Assembly (NCBI GenBank): GCA_030141605.1
Contig: JAQGDQ010000388.1
Span: 124,001-188,000 of the forward strand
Direction: 5' to 3'
DNA: 64,000 nt
Origin: Tubiluchus corallicola
Taxonomy: Eukaryota; Animalia; Priapulida
This document shows positions 1 to 12,786 of the stretch, piece after piece. Under the pieces are notes generated by a model, which saw only the letters and a program-made list of their open reading frames with translations, searched no databases and had not been told where the DNA came from. Numbering within the stretch: the first letter of the stretch is position 1; each line of letters starts with the position of its first letter. The position numbers were made by a program, and so were the translations under genes.

Positions 1-589
1 TTCCGTTTTCCATGCATAGAGTTCACTAAATAATAATTCATGTGAAATTGTTGCTAAAGTTATTAATGTTTCTCCTATTATATTTCATTTTTTGGTTGGT
101 AGCCCACAAACAAATATGAATAAGAATAGTTACCCACTCGTGCTACTGATAAATAAATAAAAAATAATGATAAATTTTTCTCATAATAAAATATGTGAGG
201 CTAATCAATATTATCCTGAATAGATTTTCAAAGATTTTCAAGAAATGACCGTTCAAAGAAAGGTTTCAGAAACAAATAAAATTTAGAAACCTGGTACCCT
301 TCTTATTAGTTGAAAGAAATTTCGTTTTGGCAATGTCAATTTAAGTAAAACAAAAATAGAGCAAACCGAGATATTGAAACAAAGAAAGCAATACGAAATC
401 GAAACGAAATCAAAAATGTTCAAAAAATATTAAATTTCTGAATCATTACAGTGTACAGAAAAAAGATCATATTTTTTACGAAAAAATGGCAACAACGACT
501 AATTCAAATGACGCCACATCCGATTGGTAAACCTGGATAAAGAGCCATTGCATGCATTCCTTTCGAAGGAGGATTTTCATTCGACTTAC

Positions 590-641
590 CAAAGAAAATG
601 CAGGTCTTTTAGAGAAGGAGGAGACGGGGGGCCAAAAGGCG
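590..641 (-). other. Candidate 52-nt internal exon of an unidentified minus-strand gene
   Basis: Minus strand reads gttctttttag|CGCCTTTTGG...TTTTCTTTG|gtaagt, a strong acceptor and a perfect donor. Two frames are open (PFGPPSPPSLKDLHFL or AFWPPVSSFSKRPAFSL). I do not recognise any homology. Confidence 0.3.
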
Positions 642-990
642 CTAAAAAGAACTAAACAACAATCGTCATAACACGTCTGGCAGGAAGGAAATGGAATAAA
701 ACAGAAATAATTAACTTAGAAACGCGAATTGTGCAAGCCAAAACCCTCTCAACAATTGTCAGCAATTAAAAGCGTTTACGACCGCAATTTGGGCGAAGTC
801 ATTAGGCTTTAACACCTTCTGCTCCACAAAGAGCAGTCCGACTTTTCACCACTTTCTCCTAAATCTTTAACCTCTGGCCCTCTACGGGCGCAGGGCCTGC
901 TTGGAAGAGGCGGCAATTAAAAACGTATGAGAGCTGAGTTAATGAGAAAACGGCCGCATTCTCCCGGGGCGAGCTCATTGGACGACTGGG

Positions 991-1008
991 CCGTTGCTAA
1001 GGCAACGG
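991..1008. promoter_or_regulatory. RFX X-box-like palindrome in an enhancer-like GC-richer block (~750-1090)
   Basis: CCGTTGCTAAGGCAACGG fits the RFX consensus GTTRCY-N2-RGYAAC. Nearby are GCAATTAAAA(G/A)CGT at 762 and 913 and TGATTAAT at ~1072 (homeodomain-type sites). Confidence 0.45.
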
Positions 1009-4000
1009 CAGTGATGGGGATGCTGGCATGAATGGGCAAAGCTGTGTTGTCCGTGACAAGCAAGGGCGATTTGATTAATGGAACTCGTCGTAGTTTAGTG
1101 TAGTTGGATAGTATGTGGAAAATTCAAAACCCATTAGCACTACAAACGCCCGGTCACCACTAGGCCTAACATTAATTCAAAGTAAAAAAAAAATTTAAAC
1201 TATATCTTCTACAAGATAAGCTAATAAATCTTCTAATAAAATCTAGCTAGTGGACAGGTCCATCTTTTTCCCGAACTGCTGCTATTTTTGGGAACCACAT
1301 TCATGCAGGAATCAATGTAATGATGACAGGTTAAACAGTAGAAGGTCCCATTCTTTTGATAAACTTTAGACTGTTCATCTACAACGGGAACTGAACGTTG
1401 GCTAACGCAGCTTTAGAATAAATGTTACGTACGACATAAAGGAAGACCATTAACTAATTTTGATAAAGTTTAATCAATTAACGGAGCACACTAAAATCAA
1501 AAGGCTAAATTTGACAGCTAATAGTAATTCGCAGTAGAACTATACAGTCTAAACAGTGTAACACGGTAGCCCGTGATTGCAACCTGCATGGCATATTATA
1601 TTGAACAGAGGCGGTAGAACTGTTGTCAAGAAATGCAAAAAATCTTGTCCTGTTAGCGCACAAGCTGTGTGAAATGTTTCATGAGACTAACAAAGTGAAA
1701 TAGCCAGCAATGGTTGAGTAACCGTCGAACAAATACAGTACAGAAAACTTTCTCTAACATGTCAGTGATGTCATTACACTAGAGGTGGAACCAGTCACAG
1801 ATGACACACTTGAAATGAGCAAATGCATAGTTTAAATTGAATAATATGCAACTCGTGCAGAAAGATGTAGCGCATCTCAATAAGACAGGAATTCCCCAAG
1901 GACCAGACATACGTCCCTCAGCGTTCTCGTTATAGAGGGATTAATGAGGTCTACTATCACTTCACCGTCTGGAGGTGGTCCAGTAATTCAGGATATTGAA
2001 AGACTGTTTAATCAGAGGAAAAAGCATGAATGAAGAATCTATGAAGAGTAAAGAAAGTTCCCTTCAGGCTAGTATAGATCTTGCAAGATTGACAAGGTAC
2101 ACTCGCGGATCCATGTCGAAAGTAAAAATGAAGATAACAAACATGAGAGAAAGAAGGAGTAAGAAAATTATTGACATGAGAAAAAGAATGAACATGCGTG
2201 CCTGTGACAGATAGATTTCCAGAAAAAAAGAAGAGGAAAGTGAAAACGAACTACAAAATGGTAATAATAGAGAGAAAGAGATATAGAGAGGGGGGATAAT
2301 GGAATGAGAGTGAAAATACATCGAGAGAACAACTAAGAGGAATCTCTGTATTTACCAATAGCGCACTAATTTTCAGCAAACTATTACTAGTCATGCATAT
2401 TCATTAATCAACTTTAAAACAGTGCCGTTCCCTTCTTTCGTTCTAATTGCAAATTAGGAAAGAACAGTCAACAACAAACATCAATTCCCCACCGCTTTAG
2501 CCAGTAGAAACACACGCTCACGTAACACAATGACTGACTCGACGCTTCAGATCATCCGGTCCGAATTAAAAGTTAGATCACGTTCGAGAATCACGTATGT
2601 GCATTGTATGGCACTCCAATGCCTGAATGGGACAAGTAATAACAGTACCAAAGTTCAGGTAAACATGCCGACTATTACCTTCCGCCCCCTATCCGCTTGA
2701 TGAAAACTATATGGGCAATAATCTGAAGCGAGTGGAATGTGATCTAAGCCAAACATCACACCAGCAATGCCAAAGATAATCTACACAGTAGTTTCGAGGT
2801 GTTCGTTTAAGAATGCGTGTAAAGAGTGTTCATTCACAGAATGTTTTCAACGCAAGAAGTGTACTTGGTTAATTTTTAGCAGTCTTCAACCTAACAGCAA
2901 CTTGAAGCGATCACTCTACATTAACCAGTGACCACAGGACGTGATTGTTATGCACACGTAGTTTGTACAGCAATAATGTCTGATCTGAGAGGATGTCCGA
3001 TCAATAATAAAAGGTTCCATGTGTGAACCTTACGGTTCTATAGACCATAATGCTAAACAAGGTTGCATTAAATACTTTGATAATATTACTTTAAAAATCG
3101 TTTTAGTTTTTTTCTGTTAAATAAAAGCTCACTCCTAGCCTTCTCCCTAGGCGTCTCTCATTTTCACCTATAGACAAACTTGCAGAGTTTTCTTTTCTAA
3201 CTAAAAGAGATCTGATAAAAATACCCACTTCTGACACACACGTGATTAGATCAAAGCGCTGTTTTACCGAGTGCATTTGACAGGTTTTCCATGATTTAAT
3301 GTAAGACTGAAACCTTTCGAGAAACCTATGAAGCTTCTAATTTGAGATGCTATAAAATGTGGACCCGGTCATTTCCTTTCACTGGTGACACGATGTAACA
3401 GATGCGCAGGCCTATTTTTTACCTAATCCAAGAAACAGGTTTTTAACGTTGGTAGTTCCATTATTATAAATCTGATTAATTAACGTGCAAATTTTTTACA
3501 CATAAGCTTATTAAAGTTTAAATAGCTTCAATCACCTGTTCTTATCTGGTTAGTATTCCTCATTCGTCTGAGTGTGCCATTCCACTGCCAAGGGGAATCT
3601 AAGAAAGCTGCAGAGTGATTTACAAACTAAAAAGCTGCAAAACATACGAAATAGAACGCAGTATACAACGGTCACCCCTAAAATTCGACAAGCTACCTTA
3701 AAGAGAGGAAATTAAGTGACATCATGCTTTGCGATCATGATTCATTCGGATTCAATTTGCCCACACGCTGGAAGATTAGGAAAGCCCAAATAAGAAGTAT
3801 CCATGTAGAAGGTGAGACTATCCTGTTTCTCCCCCCTCTCCTCTCTCTTTCTCTCTCCTCCCTCTCTCTCTCCCCTCTTTCTCGTTGTCTCTTTTTCTTT
3901 CCTTTCTCTTTGCAGTCTCTTTCCTGTCTTAAAGGCACAAATTGTTCATGTGTAATGAGGAGTTGCAAAATAAGATATTCTTTTTCTTATTGTTCACAAA

Positions 4001-5389
4001 TTACTAAAAATGTAAATAATAACTTCGTTTATTTTGAGTGAATTTCAACACGGTAACTATTACTGATCACAGTATTTCCACTATGTGCACTGATGAAATA
4101 TACAATTAGTTAGTTCGAGTATGTAATAACTCAAAATAGTTAGTTCAAAAATTAACTAAATAAATATGTAAATAACATGCATACAACACATTCTACTTCT
4201 TTTTAGGTTTTTTTTTATTCCAGTGGGAAGACGAAGGATTTGCAATTTATTCATGCAATGAAGCATTAGCCTATAAACAGGTATCTTGAAATCGTTCGTT
4301 TGCCCAATTCTCAGTTATCAAAAACTAGCTTTGACCTACAAGCGGATGTGATTAAACCGTCCATTTTTATGTGTTGCATAAAGAACGATGGCCCCGGGAC
4401 GAACCTTGAGGAACTCCGCCGATCAAATAGCAATCGAATGCTGGTTAATATTCACAACGTATCGAGCGGATGGACAGAGTTTGGAGAGACAGGTGTAACA
4501 TGGATGCTAAGTCTCAGAATTATTTTCATTGGTCATAAAATGATCTCCGCATTTGTACACTGTAATCACGAGCGGCTCACGTCAAAGCCTGACAAAATTA
4601 CCTACTGGTAATTAAAAGCTGGAGATATTCACATAAAATGAGCGGGCGTGGGCAGTTCGGAAGTGAAAACTTCCTAATTTTCCTAATACTGTTACGTAAT
4701 TTTTGAAATTTACTTTTCAGGATTTTTGAAAAATAGGTGACCCGCTCTCATTACATATTTAAAATTTTAAATTTTATCAAACTTAAAATGATATTATAGT
4801 TAATAGATGTTATTGACCAAGAGACACTGAATCAACCCAGTCATGGCCGTCAGTACACCAACCAGTCGACGAATTTTCATTATTCATTCATTCCTCCATC
4901 CATACATTCGTTCATTCATCCATTTGTTCAATCAACCAATCAATCAGTTTAAAATTATTTCTAAAGACCGAACTTCCACACATACGGCCTGTTTGAAACA
5001 ACAATTCCATTTTCTTCAAAGACGGTTAGTTTCCGGGATTATATTGCAAACATCTAAGGTGTAGCGTAATGAGTTACTGTTGTTGTGCAAACTTTGTATC
5101 TGACTCACTCTCACATGCTCACACGCCGTCTGCCTAAAATACCTGTCCACCCACTCAATCCTACGGTTTGTGCACGCGTAATTACTGAACTGTAGGCTTA
5201 CTTTTTACTACAGAGTAAATTCAGTTACCAAATAAGCGAACTATTATATATATTTGTGGACGCTAACGGCAAAATTTAAAAAAGTTTGACCCTAGAATTG
5301 GCTTCAATAGTTAGGTAAAAAAAACTTGCAGATAAAACCTTTATTAAAGGCTAACAGAACTGCACCACGGCTGGTCTGATATATATTCA

Positions 5390-5835
5390 GTGACCGGTAA
5401 TAAAGCCACAGGAAAAATAGCCACAGAAGAAAGTCTGAATGTTGACAAGGAAAAAGTCAAAATTAATTTATGGTGGCTGAAAAAAATCACAATTTTGGCT
5501 AAGAAAAAAAGTTACAACTGATTTATGTTGGCAGAAAAAAGTCACAATTTTGGCTAGGAAATAAAAGTCAGATAGTCAAACAAAAATGTTCAAGTTAGTT
5601 ACAATTTATTTAAGTACCACAAACAATTAAGGTAATAAAACAAAATATTTTAAATCAGTTATTGATTAATACACGACTTGTATATATTGACAACACTGTT
5701 TATATTATGATGGCATTACATGTATGTGAAAAAGCATGTTTTTCAATATCTTAGGATTAGGATTGGTGGTTAGGGTAAAGGTCTTGTGGTTTTTTCCGGT
5801 GTTTTTTTTTACCTGTGACTCTATTACCTGGATTC
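5390..5835. mobile_element. Non-autonomous Mutator/MULE-like DNA transposon
   Basis: A 9-bp direct repeat ATATATTCA flanks both ends (5381-5389, 5836-5844). Imperfect TIRs GGTAATAAAGCCACAGG / CCTGTGACTCTATTACC, subterminal AAAAAGTCACA repeats, no ORF. A 9-bp TSD is typical of MULEs. Confidence 0.65.
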
Positions 5836-6198
5836 ATATATTCATATCGTTTCCAAACATTGATAATTCCAGATAATAGTCACTAACGGCACAAATTACA
5901 CAATGTAGGCTCTGGAGACTGGTGATGTAAGAATGACCCAATAACTGAAAAAAACTCTTCCTAACACCCCAGTGCTGACTTTGCCTACCTTCAAAAGAGC
6001 GCCTTATCTTATAACTGATCGTGAAAAATATGGATTTTATTCGTCCAGTATAATAAAATTTTATTTTAGTACGTACGTAATGAGGTATGTGTGTTCACTT
6101 ACAAAAAATCTTGGTGTTTCTTCCATTACTCCCGAAGTTGCGCGCGGAATGTAACTGATTAAACTGAGCACTGGAAACATACCATCAGTTGTACAAAC

Positions 6199-6212
6199 CT
6201 GTCACGTGACAG
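6199..6212. promoter_or_regulatory. Palindromic E-box / CLEAR-type element
   Basis: CTGTCACGTGACAG is a perfect 14-bp palindrome containing GTCACGTGAC (USF/MiT-TFE consensus). Confidence 0.4.
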
Positions 6213-9200
6213 AGCTGGGTCAAATTTTTTGCTTTGAAAATTACACATTGCTATGAACTGCAGTGCTGTACTTGAGGGGGCGTGTTTCAGCGGCTTTCTG
6301 TGATTACGAGTTCACCAAATCCGAAAAATAAACAAAATGCGCGTGGATGATGAAAGGTAACAAAATGAAAACGTTTTCATCATCATTTTTTGATGTCATC
6401 CGTCAGTTTAACCAACGTTATTACAAAAAAAATATTTGAGCTTTTATAACTCCTTGTTTTAATTTTTTGCAAAAAATTATCAAACATTGTGATAAAAAGT
6501 ACCTGATAAATGACAAAACTCAAATGTCTTGTACGAAAATTTTTCAAACTTTGCGAAATAAAATACCCGAATAGATGACAAAAACTTAAGTATCTTGTAT
6601 GCAATTTGTGTGGATAATTTTTAATATCGTGTGTAATTCAAGCCAAATTAGTATTTCACAGTTTTGCTGTAAATTTTTTAACGATGGTTCTTCAAAGCAA
6701 AAGAAACAATAGTAGGAGCATGGAATGGTGGTGGCGACAGTGGCAGCAAGAGCAACAGCAGCAATAATCACTTTCTGACAATCACAGCAAATAAAAATTT
6801 GGAACAAAAATGTATAGTTAACAGTCTAAGTATCATCCATAAAGCCACAAACCTACAAATCCATAAATGTCAATCAGGCCTTACGCAAAATAAGCCTATA
6901 ATAAGTAAATGGTAAGGTAAACCAGGCTCCGGAATAATGCATATTCAAAAAAGTCAGTAAATTGAAATCTGGTATAGTACAAACTTCGTGCAACATTTTT
7001 TGCTCGATACTTATCCTACTTGACATTAATGCTGAAAAGGGAAGGCAACAATTTGACACAAGACAAACTGTTATTTAGTAGTGATATACGCGGTATTTTA
7101 AGGTATTTTAATAAGCAGTTGGTCTATCACATATCAAGCAGTAGACCAAAATTATAATAACTGTCACGGCTAGCTGCATTAATTGTAATATAATGGCTGA
7201 CAGATTCCAAGGCATTGGGCACGGTGAACAGTTTTTAACTGTATAATTATTGCCACAGCCAGAGATTTTACATGCACATACGTGTACAATTATTATAAGT
7301 TAATTTACCATTTAAGGTTCAGTGTTTTCTTGCTTCAATAAGACAAATGCGAAGCGGTCATTTTGCGAGCCGCGAAGGACGCGTACGATTTCAACAAAAA
7401 TGTCTTCCACGTCACGGTCGCATCTGCAGTAGCATGAAAGGGGTGCAGAAATTAACCATGTCATTCGATACGTCGCCCTATTTTTATCTCTATTTTTTCC
7501 TCCCACGCCGTGACTCTTGAGTCACCCCAAATTTGAGAGGCACGCACTATACAGTTTCACGAACGTAGTATATGGATATTTCTTAACAGAGTATCCCTGC
7601 TTGTCGTGGCAAGAAAAAATAAAAACTGCGCTAAAAATTAAGCCAAATTTCTGAAAATATAGCAGCAGAGTGGTTACCTTAGTTCATTTAAAAAATTTTT
7701 GAATCCGCTTATTATAAAAATGTCAAACTTAGCTTAACTTTATCTGCATCTACATTATGCAGTCTAGTGAGTGTACGTATATATTAAATTTTAGTGCAAA
7801 ATACGTTCATCTTTATGTCAGCTGAAACTAAGCAGCATAATGTAGGCCTCTTGTAAAATTACAGCGAAAAACAAAAATGATTAAATAAATTAACTCTGCA
7901 TAGTTTTAGTATAATTGCTCACTATTATGTACACTTGCTCTGGAAACTACAAGAGGTTTAATGCACAAATTTAAACATTTTAAAACATGTAAGTGCAAAA
8001 TTACAAACCTATAATAACTTGATAATATTGAAACTGACATCATAATAAATATTTGAATAATTTATGAACGTTTTGCTGCTCAAGTTGAATTGCTCAGTTA
8101 GCAGACTAACGGCATATTGATTAATTTTAAATTTAATGACTGAAACAGATTTGCAGTTAATAATAATAATCATGTAAAGAAACAACTTATATGAATTTAT
8201 TTTAAACATAGGCTTGGATTAAAAGTTAGGCCCACAAATGACAACAATGTACATACAATATTAAGAAAACATTACAATATGATAATTATAAAAAATTATA
8301 ATTATGGAACAACACAATTTATTAGGAAACTACTTATAGGCTTAGGCCCTCGTGTTGATCAGCTGTTCCAGTACTGTCAAAATCTAAAATTTTCTTCATA
8401 TTATAACAATTATAATATGTATTAAGCAAAATCTATTACAATTTGACTATTAATTATGACACCAGGTTTTAATTAATGAAATTGTAGCCTTCCCACTAAT
8501 TAGTGAGCAAAATACTACGCATTTTATAATTCATTTGTGCATAATCAGCTGTTTCTTATTACAAATTAGTGGAGCAGGAGAAAACAAGTTTCACTTACAT
8601 TTTCCCTAATTTTTCTCAGCTTGTTACGTCCAAAATAATGATCAACAAGCAGGCAAATCGTTGATAATAATTACGTCAGGATTCATTTCCGGTTAATTGA
8701 ACTCTACGCGGTGCGCCAATAATTGAAGAACTCCGGATTTCATTGTCTTCTTGGGCATCGAGCACACAATTTGGTCTTTATTTACAGTTTGTTGGGCACT
8801 AGAGAGGGTGACCCCCCGCTGACCAAATCAGCTGATATTGTATTATAAAATGAGGCTGTCTGTGTGTACTGGGTGACCAAAATTTGAAAAGTAAAAGACT
8901 CTACGGAGATTGAAGGAAAAAATCCAGTAAATTAATAGCTTCTTTCGCCCTATGACTGATTAAATTAATTAGTTGATTTTTAGTACATAATTAATCGTAT
9001 CAAATAGCCTAGCATAGTCTAATAAATTTACTTGCAATAGTTTACTAACATAGTCTACTCGCTCAGTGGCCAACTGACTTTTCAAAACACAGTGCAAAAT
9101 CACCGAATAGCTTTTAAAAATAAAATACAGTTTTTAGGTATGAAAGCCTTAAAATAAAAATTCCCCATTTTTATTGTGTATATCTAATAATGTAAGTTTT

Positions 9201-12197
9201 TTAATGCATTTCTCTATGCTCCAAACTATCGTCCCGAATTAAACGACACCGCCTACTTATTAGGTATTTTTATGATGGTGGTTCTTGCATCAAGCAGTAG
9301 GCCTCTGGTTCGAATCCAGGCTACATTCCAACTTCTTCACATTTCCTGTCTTTCAAGTTTGGTACAAAATTTAATTTAATTACATTTGTTAATTAAGAAC
9401 AAATATTGTTATTCGTTCTTAATAAATTTGTAAAAATCATCAATAATAATTTTGACATTAAAATTGTAATAATTAACTAGTTTTCGCATATTCGTGATAA
9501 CACACTGCCGCAAATCGTTAACAGACGTGCGGAGCCCCGGCGGACATCTGATATTATTTGTACTGACCGGGTGTACTGACCTTTGCCCATAAACACTGCC
9601 TAAACCCCTCGAGCTGGGTGAAGATTGGCGTTGTGGGTGTGAAAAACCAAAACAGCAAAATATCTCCGTGGCACAGATTATGGCTCACAAAGACTATATA
9701 TGCCTATTGAAAATTAGTGAGAAAAATGAGAAACAAATTTAAATATTAATGAATGGGAGAGCGCAGCAAAGATACGAATGCAAAAACACAGATTATCAAA
9801 TCAAGACATCAACCAAGTTCCCAAACATTCTTTTCCATAAAATCCCCCTGTTATTTTGTCTTGTTAATATAAAGTATTGCTTGAACTATCTTGTGTGCGA
9901 CAACCACTATGCAGCATCAAAGAACATGAGAAAAAAACAGCAATGTATGTCCGGCCTTTCTCAGCCTAAGAACAAGATTTATCCCCGCGCAATGGTGGCC
10001 ATGTTCTGTTCCTGTTGGCTCGAATTTCGTTCAAGTTGGTCAAGTCATTGAAGTGCAATCTTTTGGAAATTGACAACATGTCACCAGGCTTATTGTGGAC
10101 CAGAGGAACACGATACTATTGGGCTTAAATATAGAGTAGGATAGACACGTGTTCGGCTGCCTGGTTCAAGTGACAAGGTATTTCAAAGTACAGTACCACA
10201 AGCTATGGCACATGAAGATTTAGACAAGGTAGAATGCATCTCAGTTTGGCTAAGTTCCAAAAACAAATTTATTTAGGTAGCTGATAATCATACTGATAAC
10301 AGATAAATTCCCTAAATTTCCTATCAAAAAATTATTTGTAATTAATCACCATCCGCCACAGCGCATAGAAATAAAATCATATCGGTCTACTACATCAGGT
10401 TAGCTTAGTGAACAACAGCACAAACGGGGAAAAAACTTAGATATCATAAAGTACTTAGATATATTAAAATTTCAGAATTTAGATTTGAGTCAAATACCTG
10501 GAAATTAAAACGAGGGCAAAAAAACTGCGTAATATTTCGCTAAGGCAAAATTTCTTAATTGTTATTTATGCAAATTTGCTAGATAAGCATGGGTACGCGG
10601 CGGCATGCATTAATTTATTAATATAGCAAAGCCTATAGCATACAATAAATAAATTACTACATACTGACATATAGTTTAAACTTAAAATAAGGTCAATTTT
10701 CTTATTATATGTGCCAGGCAGGTACATTAATGACACGATGATGTTATGAAATGAATAAGAAATTGAAATCTGAAACTGCACTGAAAATTAAAAAAATGTG
10801 GATCTTCAGCGAAATGATACAAGCAGAAAAATTAAAGAAACCAAACTGCACTTAAAAAGTTTGTCTAAAACGCAAGTCGTTCAAAAACATTCGAATAATC
10901 GAATAATAAGAGAAGAAAATGCACAAAAATCAAATTATTCGAAAGGTATATTGGAATTCTATTGACTCACTATTTATTTATAATTCATATATATTTAAAC
11001 TAAATAAAAAAACTATAACGCGCTTAAATATTTTTTAGTTATATAAACCTAAAAATATAACTTATAGATGCTCATTTAAACAAAAAATCTAGAAACCACT
11101 TCAAATATTTATATTAAGTTAGTAGTTAACAGGATAGCTCTTTTTATAGCATAATTTTAGAATGTCTATATGTGATAGTTTCATTCTACTTTAAATTTAA
11201 ACAATTTTTGTTCTGTAAATTTCATCGAGGCTTTGAGGATCCATATAAAATGCTTTTGAAAAAACGTAAAATTTTTTAAGAAAATTAAAACTTAAAATCT
11301 CATCAAAATAAGCTGTGTCCGACAAAATCGTTTGCCTGCACAATGACCAAATAAGGCGTAATTATGCGTGGCTTATACGTGAAGGCGTACTGGGTAACTA
11401 TGAAAGAAAGGTTTGTATAGGATTAGCTAACAAAGCGTGCGTGCACTGTACATACAAAAGTAGCGCCAATTTTTGTGGAATTTTGGCCCGGGTGCTTATT
11501 TTTCAGCTGATTTTCGCAACATTTTTTCCTGTGAGGTCGTTCACTGGTCTCTTCTCGCCTGGTTGCTCTTTCTACGGCATCTCTAAGCAACCTTTTTTTC
11601 AAGGTCAAACGGCATAAATAATCAGAATATTTTTATTACATAATCACAATTGTAATTATTATTTGATATTCTTTAATAATCACTATAATTAATTAATTAA
11701 TTATTACAACTCATAAAGTCGCTGCCGCAGCTGAAATGACATTAGAGCTCTTGTCAAACTATTATAATTTTAATTGTCAGAATAATTCTTATAAATGTGT
11801 AAACTCGTTATAAAAATCTAATAGATTCAGCTTATATAAAATTGATCAAGTTAATAGAAAATTTCGCCCACGATCTCTAGCAGCTGTAACTCAGTGTCCA
11901 CTATCTTGTACATGTTTTAATTCGACATATCAAATTAATTAACCTATTTATAACATACTGAGCTTAAAAACCCAGAGGGAAGAGAATAAAACACTCATCC
12001 CAAAATTATTTAAGCCTGACTCATAGAAAAATAAATTCAGTGCGGGGGCATGTTCTTTGCCAAATTGAAATGTTCCCTCTTATTTTATATTATACACTGA
12101 TACATGATATTCTCTGATGGGATGTAACACGCGGCGATATAAGCAGGAAGGGCTAAATATCTGGTCACAGAGTTCACAAATATAGTGTCTAAATAAC

Positions 12198-12312
12198 TAA
12201 TGAATGAGTGACTAAATGAATGAATGAATGTACGAATGAACAAATGAATGAACGAATGAATGAACGAACTAATGAATGAGTGAGTGGGTGAAAAATAAAT
12301 GAATGAATGAAC
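12198..12312. repeat. Degenerate (GAAT)n microsatellite
   Basis: Repeated gaatgaatgaac units are visible directly. Confidence 0.85.
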
Positions 12313-12786
12313 GAACTTGGGATTTTGAAGCGAAGTCTTAAATAAGCGAACAAAGACTTTGTACCAAGAAAGAAATTTGTTATTTGCAGCAAGCTAATTA
12401 TAATAATTATTTGTAATTATTTAAAGAAAAAATAATTATTTAAATTAAATAAACACTATTTCATTGGTAAATAAAATATTTACAATTTAAGACTAAACCA
12501 AATGCATAAGTAAATAAAGACATAAATACTTAATTTTATAAATACGTAAATATAAATAAATAAATAAACAACTAAGACCCAATACGAAAGATATAAAGGA
12601 AATCTGTAGAAGCTCTATATTTCATGAATGTCAAAATATTCAACGAATTAAAGCAGACCTAAATTAATAGTTGACGTATCAAATATACAGTATTTGAAAA
12701 TATTAACCCTAATACTTGTAACTTCTATATTACAAAAGTACAGACATTATATTACAAAAGTACAACTTTATTTCAAATAACCTTAC

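Noticed and set aside
8838-9550. Helitron-like element with a tRNA B-box-like GGTTCGAATCC at ~9307
   Set aside because: No cloverleaf, so not a tRNA gene. The ends resemble Helitron termini only loosely and there is no CTAG end.
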